Source: Lepidodermella squamata
Taxonomy: Eukaryota > Animalia > Gastrotricha
Assembly (NCBI GenBank): GCA_047495785.1
Contig: JBLDXI010000015.1
Coordinates: 2,170,001 to 2,234,000 of the forward strand
Direction of reading: 5' to 3'
Length of the DNA: 64,000 nucleotides
Part shown: positions 21,366 to 33,800 of the stretch, one piece after another
How positions within the stretch are numbered: position 1 is the stretch's first letter
Layout of the letters: the number at the start of each line of letters is the position of its first letter
Program-made: the position numbers and the translations under genes
The notes under the pieces: model-generated
The model's database searches: none
What the model was told of the DNA's origin: nothing
The model's input: the letters and a program-made list of their open reading frames with translations, nothing else

Positions 21366-21667
21366 GCTTGTGAAAATTTCAACCAGGCTATCGGGGATCA
21401 TTCTTTGCGTTGAATATATCAGCATATCAGAAATGAGTGGATAGTGATTAAATAAATGACATCACGTCAATCGATATCAGCCATCCATGCCCACTCAACC
21501 TATGAAGCCGATTTCGCTTAAAAAAAGCGAATCATTTACAATTTATATTATTATGTATTATTATGTATAGATAGAACCGTCGAAAAGTCTCTTGACATGA
21601 AACGATTTTATTATACAACCTTAGCCTCTCGGCTCAGAACATTTATCAAAAGATTCAGCAATCAGCC

Positions 21668-21739
21668 GGCTCAGTAGCTTAGTGGTAGAGCATCTGTCTT
21701 GTAAACAGAAGGTCGCGGGTTCGATCCCCGTCTGGGCCT
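21668..21739 (+). tRNA. tRNA-Thr(TGT), second copy
   Basis: One substitution versus 19343-19414 (T-stem A-U to G-U); TTTTT terminator follows. Confidence 0.95.
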
Positions 21740-22239
21740 CGGCTCCTCTTTTTCGAACCTGGGAATTCCTGGCGATTCCAAGATATCAAAGTTGAGATGA
21801 TTTGTCATGCCTGGCTCGTATTTTGATTTGAAGGTATAGAATCTGCAAGATATAGACGTCAATTTTAGCATTTGCAATTTATTTTGCTCTCAGTTGAAAC
21901 ATTTTAAGTCCATCGTTTGACAAACTTGATTTGTGAAGGCTACGAAATCTGAGCGTTTTATCATTTGATGCTTTTAAAATTCCCTTATCTATTTCTATAG
22001 GTATACCACGCTCATGTCAAGAAAACAGATACATCGGTAAAGCAAATAACATTTTCAGCATCGATCTTTTGTACAAATATCGAGCTTGATAAATTATTTA
22101 CAGGCGTTTTTCATTCATCAGAATACCCAGCATTTCAATCAATTATTACGCACTAGGACTTGGCTACCACTTTTTAATATAAAAACTTCAGTTTTTTCCT
22201 TTTTCATTGACACGTTGATTCGTCGCCTCCTTGAATTTT

Positions 22240-25200
22240 ATGGCTGGAAGAGATCAGGTATTAATTTATGTCGTCTATAGCCAAGAATGCCGACCGTCCG
22301 AAGTGCGAAATATTTGCGACCTGCTGGAAAAGGACGATCGCCAATCTTTCAAATGTATCCACTACCAGGATGGTAGCGATGAGCTGCTTCAAAAGTGCGA
22401 GACTTTCATCAGGTTCCTGAGTTTCCCCTATCAATCCAGCTCGGCATCTAAAGAGGACGCGGAGACTATCAAGAAATGGCGGAAACCGGTGATCGACGTT
22501 AAGCTAGACAGTGATGTTGAGAGCTCAAACTTTAACTGCTTGGATTTCTTCGAAGGAGACAACGTTGAAACCTTCGCAGATCAGCTTTCGACTCTACTTA
22601 AACAAGTCGTCACAGAAAACCGATTCAAACTTCTTGATGGCCCTGAAATCATCGCGTCAACCCATGTTCCGATTGTTCCGGAGAAGCTAAACGAAAATCA
22701 GCTACTTTTGGGACATCTGAAAATGATTCTAAGCGAAAAAAGTAATCTTCAACTAGCTGTCGTAGTCGGTGAAACCGGGTGCGGAAAGTCTCGCTTCGTT
22801 GCAGAATTCCTGCAGAATCGGTCCAATCAAAAAGTATTTCTATCCGATCCTTCAGTAATCACAAAAAGAGCCATTTGGATCCGCTGCAGAAAATGGCTTG
22901 ATCCAGCTCGATTCGATCCACGCCAATTCGAGACATATGTACTGAAAAAGTCACGCCTATTCACGAAAGGAGCGGCTGGAAGTTGGGAGGAGATCGATGA
23001 ACAAAGAATTTTGTTTGTTTTCGACGATGTATCGCATTGCAAACTGCTAGCCTACATAAGAAGCCTGTCTATCGCGTGGAGTTTGCCTTGCATTGTAATT
23101 ATTCCATCCCATCTATACACTACAATCAAACTAGAATATTTCCGAGAATTTCGTGAAAATGAACTGCTAGAATGCAGCTTGTCCGAAAATAGTGAACGAT
23201 TTCTCGCTAGAATTATCACTAGTCGCGTTGCTCACTTGAAGGTTGACGATAACCAGCTTCGAACATTGGCAGCTAAATGTCGAGGCCTGCCAGCGATTGC
23301 GACATACTTGGCCACTCTTCTCTGTGAACAAAAGCGGGTCGACAAAGTTATTGAATCGTTAAATGCATTGGGTGATTTGGACGTAGAAGACATTGACTGG
23401 GGCCGGACAGAGCGAAGCACAAAGCAATTGCCAATACAAGCACCACTATTGTCACCCAGACGCTCTGAAATCAATGAAACGGACCAAAACTTCGCGAAAC
23501 CTCTGACGTGAGTTTCACACTAATCTCTTTGATTTTATAACTTCTGCCCACATATTTCAGATTAGTTGGAGACCCTCCGGCATGTGAACATTATTATCCC
23601 CGGGAACAGGCGAATTTGGTGAAACAGGGTCTGCTACAACTTTCGAAGAATGGCATGGCGGGAGTGTTATCTATATCAGGAAAAGAAAGTGTAGGCAAAA
23701 CAACTTTGCTGGCCAGTGTTTTCCGATCTCCAGATTTATCTGCATTCTTCAAACATCAATGCGGCATTCGCATAGTGTTATGGCTTGGTTGCTGCAACCA
23801 AACTAATGTAGAAAAAGCCTTGCTAAAATTGGGGTCCGTCGTCTTAGAATCTCATCAAGATTACACCCAGGAATGGCCGAATTTACAGGAAATGGTTGAA
23901 TTCTTCGAGAATAGGGGTCAGCGAATCCTTTTTGTCCTCGATGACGTATCTGAAGTCACACTGATCAAAGAATTGCGAATCAAAGCACCAAAAGCGTTAC
24001 TTTGCGTAATCTCTCGCGACGAGTCTTTGATACCTGGAGCCGTTGCGAAATGTGAAATACCACGGTTCACCGATCGCGAAATCTTCGAGTGGCTTCAAAC
24101 AAGCCTGGATCTGAAAGACAAGTTAGAAAGGCCTCAAATCATCGCTTTGGCAAAACGCTGCAATGGATCGCCTTTAACTGCCAAGCTGTTATCTGGTTTC
24201 TTCAATATTCCAGGAAATCAGAAGCACTGTGAAAAATTCAGTGAATTGATGAAATCTAGCGATATGAATCCTCAAGGATTGTTCCATCGGCTCGTAAATT
24301 TCGAGCTCAACAAGTACGTTTTCTCGCAGTATCAAGTGTTTTTGCTTCTCGATCCTGGGCAACCGTTTTTGATGGAAGAATTGAGCTGCATATTGCAATC
24401 GCCGATCGATACCCTGGCTCAACTCGATATTTTCGAAGAGATGAGAATTATCGAACGTACATTGGACAAGTACGGCAGATCGCAGTATTCGATACATCCA
24501 TTTCTCCATGAATTCGCCGCATCAATAGGATTCCAGCGATACAATGTTGTGAAGCTCTCAGAATTACGCGTAAAAATCATGGCTAATCTCGGCGGAATCG
24601 AATCCAAAGAAGAATCTTCAAGCATTGCTGATTTTATGTTCAAATTGGCTAAAACTGAGGAAGGCAGCGATTTGCTGCGGAAAATACTGAAATGCTGTGA
24701 GGATGAAGCGTTTCCGACTTGTGATTTCGAAACAAAATTTGCAAGTTCAAGCGATGAAAATTTGAACAGCACAAAACCGGCGACCCCCGTCCATCTAGCT
24801 TCTGAGCTCGGGCTCCTCAACTTGTTAAAGCTAACCGTGAGCCACATTCCTAATTCGAACCTTCTCCGCATTCCATGTGATCCAAACGAAGAAATTCCTC
24901 TACATTTGACAGCAAGGAATGGCCATTTAGATATCGCTCGATATATCCTGGAAATATCGCCTGAATCGATTGACGTTTTTGACGCTTCTGGCCTAAATGC
25001 CTTTCAAAAAGCTGCCAGGGGTGGTCATCTGTTACTTGTGAAGCTTATCTACAAAAAATCGCCTAAAATTCTGAAAACTGTTAACAACAAAGCAGAAACA
25101 GCGCTGCACCATGCTGCAATCAGTGGGAATATGGAACTACTGCGGTTTCTACAAGAGAAATGGCCAGATGCCGTTCGCATGAAAACTGACGTCGGCGAAA

Positions 25201-26378
25201 CTGTTCTGCATTACGCAGCTCTTGGTGGATCAGTCCAGGCAATTCAGTTCTTATTGGAACTATGGCCGGAAGCTATAAACGAGATTGATGTGACGGGTCG
25301 ATCTATATTGTGCCCGGCAGTTGATCGCGGCCATTTTCAGCTTGCGAAGCATCTGTTGGAAATCAAACCTGATTTGGCTTTGGTTTCAAACAACAACTCT
25401 GTATCATGCTTACACCTGGCCGCAAGACATGGTCATATCGAAATTGCGAGATTTTTAATTGAAAAGTGGCCCCAATTGGTTGAATCGAGGAACAAGCAAG
25501 GTCAAACAGCCCTTCACCATGCAGCGTCTTGGGGTCATTTGGAGATGGTCAAGCTTCTGCTCGAGGCATACCCAGAGTCGGCGCTGTTACAGGACAAAGA
25601 GGGCCAGACCCCTTTACTCAACGCAATGAACGATTGCGAGGTATCAAAGTGCCTTATTGATCAGTGCCCTGAATCTACAAAAGTTCAGGATGGGCAAGGA
25701 ATAACCGCTCTCCACTTGGCGTCTATAAACTGCTCGCTTCATCATGTCAGATATATCAGCGAAAAATGGCCTAATCTGTTGAAAACTCCCGACTTAGACG
25801 GCAAAACATGCCTTCATTTTGCTGCATTCTTTGGTCAATCAGAATCAGTTGAATATTTGATTAAGAAATGCCCGGATTTACTGAGGATTCAAGACATTCA
25901 TGGCTCGACACCGTTGCATGAAGCTTCTGTTAATGGGCATAACGATGTCATTCGACATCTTTACAGAGAATGGCCTGAAGCGGTGAAAATGACTGATTCC
26001 CAAGGCCGAATTCCTTTACATCTGACTGTTTTGAATTGCAACTTGGAAGGCAGCATATATTTGTGTGAACAGTGGCCTGAAAGTCTGAAAGTAGCCGATA
26101 ACGACGGTTTGACCCCTTTCTTGGCGTCTATTTTAAATGGCGATGAGAAACTCGTAACCTACCTGTTTAAGACTTGGCCGGATTCTTTGAAGGCCAAAAC
26201 TTCAAACGGCAACACTGCTCTTCATTGGGCATCATGTCGCGGTTATATAAATCTGGTGAGATGGATTATCAAGTTATGGCCCGAATCTGTAACTATTACG
26301 AACGAAGAAGGACAGAAGGCTGTGGAAATAGCTGACAATAGCGAAATTGCTGATTATTTGGGCCAATTCAAAACTTGA
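22240..26378 (+). CDS. NLR/apoptosome-like STAND protein (~1361 aa): putative TIR/SEFIR-like N-terminus, two NB-ARC-like modules, ~15 ankyrin repeats; exons 22240-23507, 23561-26378
   Basis: Phase-2 intron gtgagt...tttcag joins the two ORFs in frame. Walker A GETGCGKS and GKESVGKTT; Walker B ILFVFDDV and ILFVLDDV; GxP motifs CRGLP and CNGSP; TALHxAA ankyrin repeats. Confidence 0.85.
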
Positions 26379-26778
26379 AATGTTTCTCGAGTGAAAAAGC
26401 TACTATTATAGATTGTCAATAAAAGTATGCTGGCCTTAAAGAACGTTACGCTTTTAGTGCTAAAAATATGCTCAAGAAATTATAGATATCTGTGTTGTAA
26501 TTGACGTTTAATTGGCTGGACGATGAAGCAGACGCCGTTTACATGTCACCCAGCTTATTATGAGCTTATTAGGCAGCGCCAGTTATGACTCCGACAGCCT
26601 ACATAATCCTCAACAATCTTTTTCATTCAGATTAGCTTTGAACGTGACTTCAATGCGGCTGGGTGACCGCCAACTTTTACCTAATTTATAAATACTTTGT
26701 AAAAAAGAATCGCTGTCTGAATTGTCCTAGCCGCAAATTTAAGATTATCATTAAGTTTTTTTGACTTTTTGACGTAAC

Positions 26779-29199
26779 ATGGTTATGAACTTACTGTTAT
26801 TCACTGGTATTTATTCTGCTTATTCACCAGCAGCTACAGGGGCGTTCGATCCTGAGGAATCCCCATCTGCCGCATCAAATTTAAAAATACTATCGCTACT
26901 GCCTCTGACGGATAACCCTGGCTTAACCGGTCTAGAATGCCAAGCTGCTATAAAATTAGCCGTTGAATGGGCTAAGCGCAATCCTGAAATTCTCCCCGCC
27001 TACAATATCGACTTGGATTTCAGATCAGAAGGAGCCGATGGCACTCGCCATCTTTCAACATCAATTAATTTCCTCCGATCATCGACAGACTTACCAGCAA
27101 ATACCTACTTATCGCCTCTTATATTCTCTGGATATTATTCCACAGGCTGTCGGACATTGGGGAGTGTTTTGCATCACATCGATGCCGTTTCTATTGCAGT
27201 GAAATGCAGTTCTTATCTGTTGACAGATCGACAAAAATATCCTAATATCTACCTATCCCTAGCAACCAGCGACTTCACAACGTTCGGCTTTCTGCAGTAC
27301 ATAAATGAGCTGGGGAAATGGCGGAAAATTGCGATCATCTACAATCTGGCGAGCGTTATTGATTACACAGCTGGCCAACTTGCTTATGAGGTAGCGTTGA
27401 AAATCAACTTGACAGTTGCGTATTACTCCGGTTTCTACGAAATAACTGAATCTAGCCAACTTCAAGCATTAAGGAAGACTGACTCCCGTATTATTATAGT
27501 TTGGTTATCAAACTGGGTGTTGCTCTACCAGTTTTATTGCTTCGCTTATCAACTCGGTATGACAGGGCCGCGTTACACCTTTTTCGTTCAGCAGAAAGTG
27601 TATCCAAGTTCTGTTGACCCTGGAATGCTGCCTCCAGGTTGCTCGAGACAGATTTTGCTGGAGCAAATGAAGTCAGTGGTATGGGCAGTTCCATTAAGTG
27701 CCCCACTTGCAGAAACAGATGACACACGTACTCTTGAGACGGCGATCGATCAAATGACAAACAAATCAAGAGGAAACGATTATCCATACCGTTATTACTG
27801 CTACGATGGAACTATAGCTGGAATACTTGCTCTTGATTCGGCAGAAAGGAAGCTCAACTCAATGAACCTTTCATTAAAAAGTTATTCCACGTATCCCAGA
27901 CTGGTTTCGAAAATTGTGAATGAATCTGTTGCAACCATCGATGTTTATGGCTTAAGGACTGGCCGGGTGAAGTATAGCAATACCGGAAAATTGGCAACAG
28001 ACATTTTGATGTTCGCGCGATGGTTGCCACCGAATGAGACAACTGACACCACTGTGGCTCTTATGCGGCAAATCGATGGATCAAGCGGGTCGAGGTATGA
28101 AGATTATCGATTGCAGCGATTCATCAAAGTCATACCTTGGTACACAAGGAATAACAAACCGCCTGAAGATCATCCTAATTTGAAGCTGATCCAAAGTGAT
28201 GTCCCACTTAGTGCAGCAGTTGTAGTTTACATTTGGTGTATCCTCAACACATCAGCATTCATCTTATGTCTGAAGTTTTTCCCACTGAATTTTGAGCACT
28301 TCGGAGCGAAATCTAAATTATCGGGGACGATTGGGATATGTTTGATCACAACCGCTTCAGTCTTGTTCGTCATCCCGGAAAAATCTGTGGCATTCGCTCT
28401 GATCCTGTGGCGAGCTGAATTCTCTCTGGCGATCATGGGAATTTCTTTGATTAATGGAAGCTTCTTCTCACGGGTTTTCGCTTACAAGATTTGGAAACGA
28501 AACCCTACGTGGAAGGCAACCAGGGAATCAGCTTCAGCGGGAACGATCCAGAGAATGTCAGAGCAGCTGAAGGAGCCCGAACTCGAAGGAATTGAAATGA
28601 AGGCATTGAGGATTTCTTTAATCTTCGCAGCCGCTAATGCGTTGATTCTCATTTTATGGTTATCACCCAACTATGTTATAGATTCGCTTGACTGCTCTGT
28701 AGAACAATGGCCGGATGGGAACTCGGATAAGCTAATTTACGACCCTTCAGAGGACACAGTTCTCTCTTGGCGATACAACTTCTGTTCATCAGAATCAACG
28801 ATTGTTTGGCTATTGACTTTCACAGGATTCCACATTATTTTTCTCATAATTGTCTTGACCCTTCTACATGATATCAAATCTTTAGGCAGGAATGGTGTTT
28901 GCCAGGATTACAGCCGAATAGCAGCAGGGCTAATCAACTCCATCTTGTTAACGCTTTCGGGACTAATCATCATGATAGCTCTCCAAAGCAATGAGAATCT
29001 TGGGGTGGCTATTGTTAACCAGAAGATAGCAGCAGCTTTGCTCTTGTCAGCTTTTTCGACGATTAACATGCTGATGTGGACGCTGCCGTCTGCACGAGTT
29101 GTCGATAACACGTGGCGAAGAAGTAGCGCGGTGCTGGCTGCTCCTAAATCAACAGGGTTCTTCGAATTACCGCGCAGATCGAGCACACGTCAGCAATAA
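26779..29199 (+). CDS. Intronless class C GPCR, GABA-B-receptor-like (Venus flytrap + 7TM, no Cys-rich domain), 806 aa
   Basis: Signal peptide; ANF-receptor-type motifs (AIKLAVE, ILPAYNI, KYPNIY, WRKIAIIY, SRIIIV, YCFAYQLGMTGPRY, YDG); seven hydrophobic segments. Confidence 0.85.
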   Translation: MVMNLLLFTGIYSAYSPAATGAFDPEESPSAASNLKILSLLPLTDNPGLTGLECQAAIKLAVEWAKRNPEILPAYNIDLDFRSEGADGTRHLSTSINFLRSSTDLPANTYLSPLIFSGYYSTGCRTLGSVLHHIDAVSIAVKCSSYLLTDRQKYPNIYLSLATSDFTTFGFLQYINELGKWRKIAIIYNLASVIDYTAGQLAYEVALKINLTVAYYSGFYEITESSQLQALRKTDSRIIIVWLSNWVLLYQFYCFAYQLGMTGPRYTFFVQQKVYPSSVDPGMLPPGCSRQILLEQMKSVVWAVPLSAPLAETDDTRTLETAIDQMTNKSRGNDYPYRYYCYDGTIAGILALDSAERKLNSMNLSLKSYSTYPRLVSKIVNESVATIDVYGLRTGRVKYSNTGKLATDILMFARWLPPNETTDTTVALMRQIDGSSGSRYEDYRLQRFIKVIPWYTRNNKPPEDHPNLKLIQSDVPLSAAVVVYIWCILNTSAFILCLKFFPLNFEHFGAKSKLSGTIGICLITTASVLFVIPEKSVAFALILWRAEFSLAIMGISLINGSFFSRVFAYKIWKRNPTWKATRESASAGTIQRMSEQLKEPELEGIEMKALRISLIFAAANALILILWLSPNYVIDSLDCSVEQWPDGNSDKLIYDPSEDTVLSWRYNFCSSESTIVWLLTFTGFHIIFLIIVLTLLHDIKSLGRNGVCQDYSRIAAGLINSILLTLSGLIIMIALQSNENLGVAIVNQKIAAALLLSAFSTINMLMWTLPSARVVDNTWRRSSAVLAAPKSTGFFELPRRSSTRQQ

Positions 29200-29329
29200 A
29201 AGAAAAGACATGCTCTATATTAATCATCCGCTAAAAGGTTAATGAAACTCCCTCGACGTTCTGCGGAAATGGTTCATAATTTCCTTACTTCCGTTAATTT
29301 TACCTAATTAATGGCAGTATCCTGAACTA

Positions 29330-29657
29330 TTATCTAACGATTATCTAACGAATCGCATTGAGAAAACCTTTTTGAGAACCTTGATAAGTGGCGCGTTCAT
29401 GAGACTTCAATCTTTTATCAACGAGATAATAAGTGAGAGTTGCCCGCAAGTTTCTCATTAATGGGCGACCTTTGTTGATGATAACACCAGAAAAGCGGAG
29501 GTTTCAGCCAATCCCGACTTATTCCGTCATGCTTTGCACTTGGCCGGGCACATATCTTATCTCACTAGCGTCATCCTTAACGAATCATTGTGATACCGAT
29601 CCAAAATAAACATAACCTAGTCACGAACACCATATTATAAAAACTCCATGATTATCA
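29330..29657 (+). promoter_or_regulatory. Trypsin promoter: eight WGATAA sites plus TATA box
   Basis: WGATAA on either strand at 29330, 29341, 29382, 29415, 29424, 29479, 29557, 29652; TATAAAA at 29636-29642. Confidence 0.55.
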
Positions 29658-29680
29658 CACCACTTAATTCAACCTAAAAA

Positions 29681-30619
<939 letters not shown>

Positions 30620-30866
30620 ACAGATTTATTACTAGATCAGATCGGAAAATGACTCAGATAAAAGTAATCTAATGCTTTCACGTGAAGAAAATCCTGGTGA
30701 TTAAATATAATGATTATGATCTCCCATAACAGTACAGACCTAGTTTCGAACAGCATAGAATATGTTCCATTATTATTTGTTCTTTATGCACCCAATAGCA
30801 GATCGAAGTTACTCTAAGAAAGAGATAGAAATGTGAAGAAATTGGCGTTAATATCGCCGGGTTTGT

Positions 30867-33800
30867 TCAGTCAGTTGTGTAAACATGGCGAACGCTGCGC
30901 TGAAGGGTTTGCTTGTCGAACATATCCGGGTATTTACGGCATGTTTCGTCGACTTTTTTCTCCAGCTTTTCCATCAGCGTCATCATGCGATTTGTGAATC
31001 GCTCGATTTCATTCTCATGAATGGCTAAAAATCACGGTTGAAAAATGAGAATATCAGTAAATAAGCACTTACCTTGCTCGGTGTACAGGAATCGCTTATC
31101 AACAGAAAGTGCTGGAGGTCGGCGTTCGACCATGCCAAGTATTTTTTTCAACTTCATGAACATGAACTCGAAAACAGCCTGTTCTTGCTTAAGCAGATGG
31201 CTGTCCATACTCGCTTCTTCATAAGCGAAAACAATGAATGCAATCAGGAAATTGGTCAGAATTATAGAAACAACGAGCGAGAAGATAGTGAAGAAAATTG
31301 GTCCCATAAGTGGGAAAATCAATCGAAGAGTTTTGTAGTCGAAAACACCGAGTTGCGTGGCGAAAAGGGTCTCCAGAGTAGAAACGAACGAAGTGTAACC
31401 GTCTATATGACTGTTAAAAACTAAGAAGCCCCATTGCGCGAACGCCAAGAAAACGATAGCGAAAACCAGAGTGAAGTTGATTAAAACCTCCTTGGCGTTC
31501 TTCAGCGTTTGCATCATGATCATGATGTGGAGATTGAATCGTAGCAGTCGGATGAAACGAAGCGTTCCAACTGCAACAATAAATGCGGCAAAGGCTGATA
31601 CTACGAAGTCGTATACTACGATGAGGTCCAGATTCGTGTAAGTTGTAGTTCGGGTCCTGAAACGGCCAGACATCAGCTTGAAGGCGGCATATCGGGCCCC
31701 GAACATTCCAGCCCAGAGAATGCACGACAGAAGATGGAAAAAGTCAAGAACACACCAGAAATTCGTCCAGTAGGCCTTCACACCTGTTCGCATTTTCAAG
31801 CACTCGCGGACAAACAGCAGAAATATCACCAAGAGGCACAAAATTTGAATAGCCAAGCTTAGCTTTTCTCCTTGGGTGTCATACGATTGAACCCTATGGA
31901 AAATAAAAGATTGGTCAAGAATAATGTTGAATTTTACGAGTTACTTGAGAATGTAGCAGTAAGGTCTTGCTAGAATTCCACCGGTCTCCGGAAACTCGAA
32001 GATGTTTTGCGAAACTGAGAACAAGCTTCTGGCAGGGTTGAATAGATTGAACTCGATGAAGAGAGCTCTGGTTCTATCGTCAAGCCACTTATTGGTAAAC
32101 AGGTCGTTTAACACACTTCGAGCCTCATCGAGGTCTTTAGGGAGATCAACAACGTAGCCGCCAACATCGTATAGTGCCAGATTTCCAGATGTTGGAGTGG
32201 TACCTGTTTTCAACGTTGACATGTAGGTCCAACCCAGTGCACCTGTCGCTTTCGGAACAGGGGTTGTGGTCGTAGTGAAAACTCTAGCCCTTGTTGTTAC
32301 ATTCATCTGCGAAGGATTGTGGGTTGTTGAAATGCTATCCGAAGCTTTGTGGGCTGGTGTCCATCCGACGCTGAAGTTCCGCGTCTCCTGATTGAGAAGT
32401 GAGAACGCAGAAGAACACGGTGTGCCAGTCCTCCTGAATGCTTCATGCACCCGGCAACCCTCTGTTCCGACTCGAAGTTGCCTCAGTCGAACGGTTCCTG
32501 CCAAATATATTGCTTTATCTTGGGTGAAAGATCCTGGCTGGTCGTCATCGGCCCCGTTATACCATTGCCTATCAATCAAGGCTGGCAACAATGTATTGTT
32601 CAGGTAGACCCATATTTGCTCGTCCCGGATTACATCAGTGATTTTGACTGCTTTTCCCGGGCTATCTGCATAGACCCCAGCGAACAGCAGCAGGCGGGAA
32701 GATTGTTGCATCTCCCAAGTCCATGGGTCGACGTTGTTATAAGCCACAAACATGACCATGTAAAGGAAGAAAACGTAAGATCCAATCTCTCGAATAACAC
32801 GCCAGAGAGCCTTTTCTTTCATCCGATTTTCCCGAGCAATTTTCAACTCTTCAGGGTCGGGAGGTAAGAAAATGAAGTCCTGGCTTTTCTTTTGGCGCTC
32901 TTCTCGTATTTTTTCTACATCCTCAGACGATCTAGCCACTGGGCGGACGTACTGCTCGTCATCTTTCAATTTCATCATTTCGTCAATATCATCATCTTTG
33001 GCTGGGTTCTTGATGACCAAAGCATAGAAAAGGACCATAATTACTATTTTGATTGGTTGCATGAATAAGATATCTGTGAATAAGGAAACGACCATAGCCG
33101 CCAACCACTCAGTAGCTTTCTCTGGTCCTAGCGCACCACCATATTCGACAATAGCCCAGAATGCCACTCCGCAAGTAGCAGTGGCGAGGCAGTAAGCAAC
33201 TATCGTACACCACCAAGGAAGTTTGAAGGGTTTCTTGACTTCTTTTTTGATGGGCTTCTTACGAGGCAATGTTTTGCTAGACTTTGAGGAAATACTGGAA
33301 ATCCTATTTCTAGAAGCCTCTGTTTCAGCTCTTTCCTTTATAGCCTCAACCTTTTTCTCGCTCCTGGATTTTCGTCGTTCGCTCATCCGGAACAACTGAA
33401 CAATCATCAAGTTGACCGGCGTGACAATCAGGGCGGATATTATACTCATCATTAGCTTGTCAGTAGTCATAGAAATAGGACCCAGACTCAGCCTAGGCGC
33501 ATCGGGTCGATCTCTTGAAATGCCGAAAAACATGATATTGGCTAACATTGTGCAGTACAGAATGGACAGGCAGCATGTTAGACGCTGAGTTCTTGTGAAC
33601 TGAGATCTCGGAGGCCGGCTAAAGACTGAAATCCACAGGTGGCCATCGGTCAATTTGCGCTGTGACCTTGTAACAAACATGTGTTCGAAACCAGCCAGTA
33701 GCGTTTTATCTGCGACCGTAACAGCCCTCTCGACAAAGCCATCGTCTTCATCCACGGCTAACCATCGGTCACAAACGAAATAGAACTGTTGGTTGCGCTG

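Noticed and set aside
18351-21877. ORF-track entries overlapping tRNA genes
   Set aside because: They are translations of tRNA sequence.
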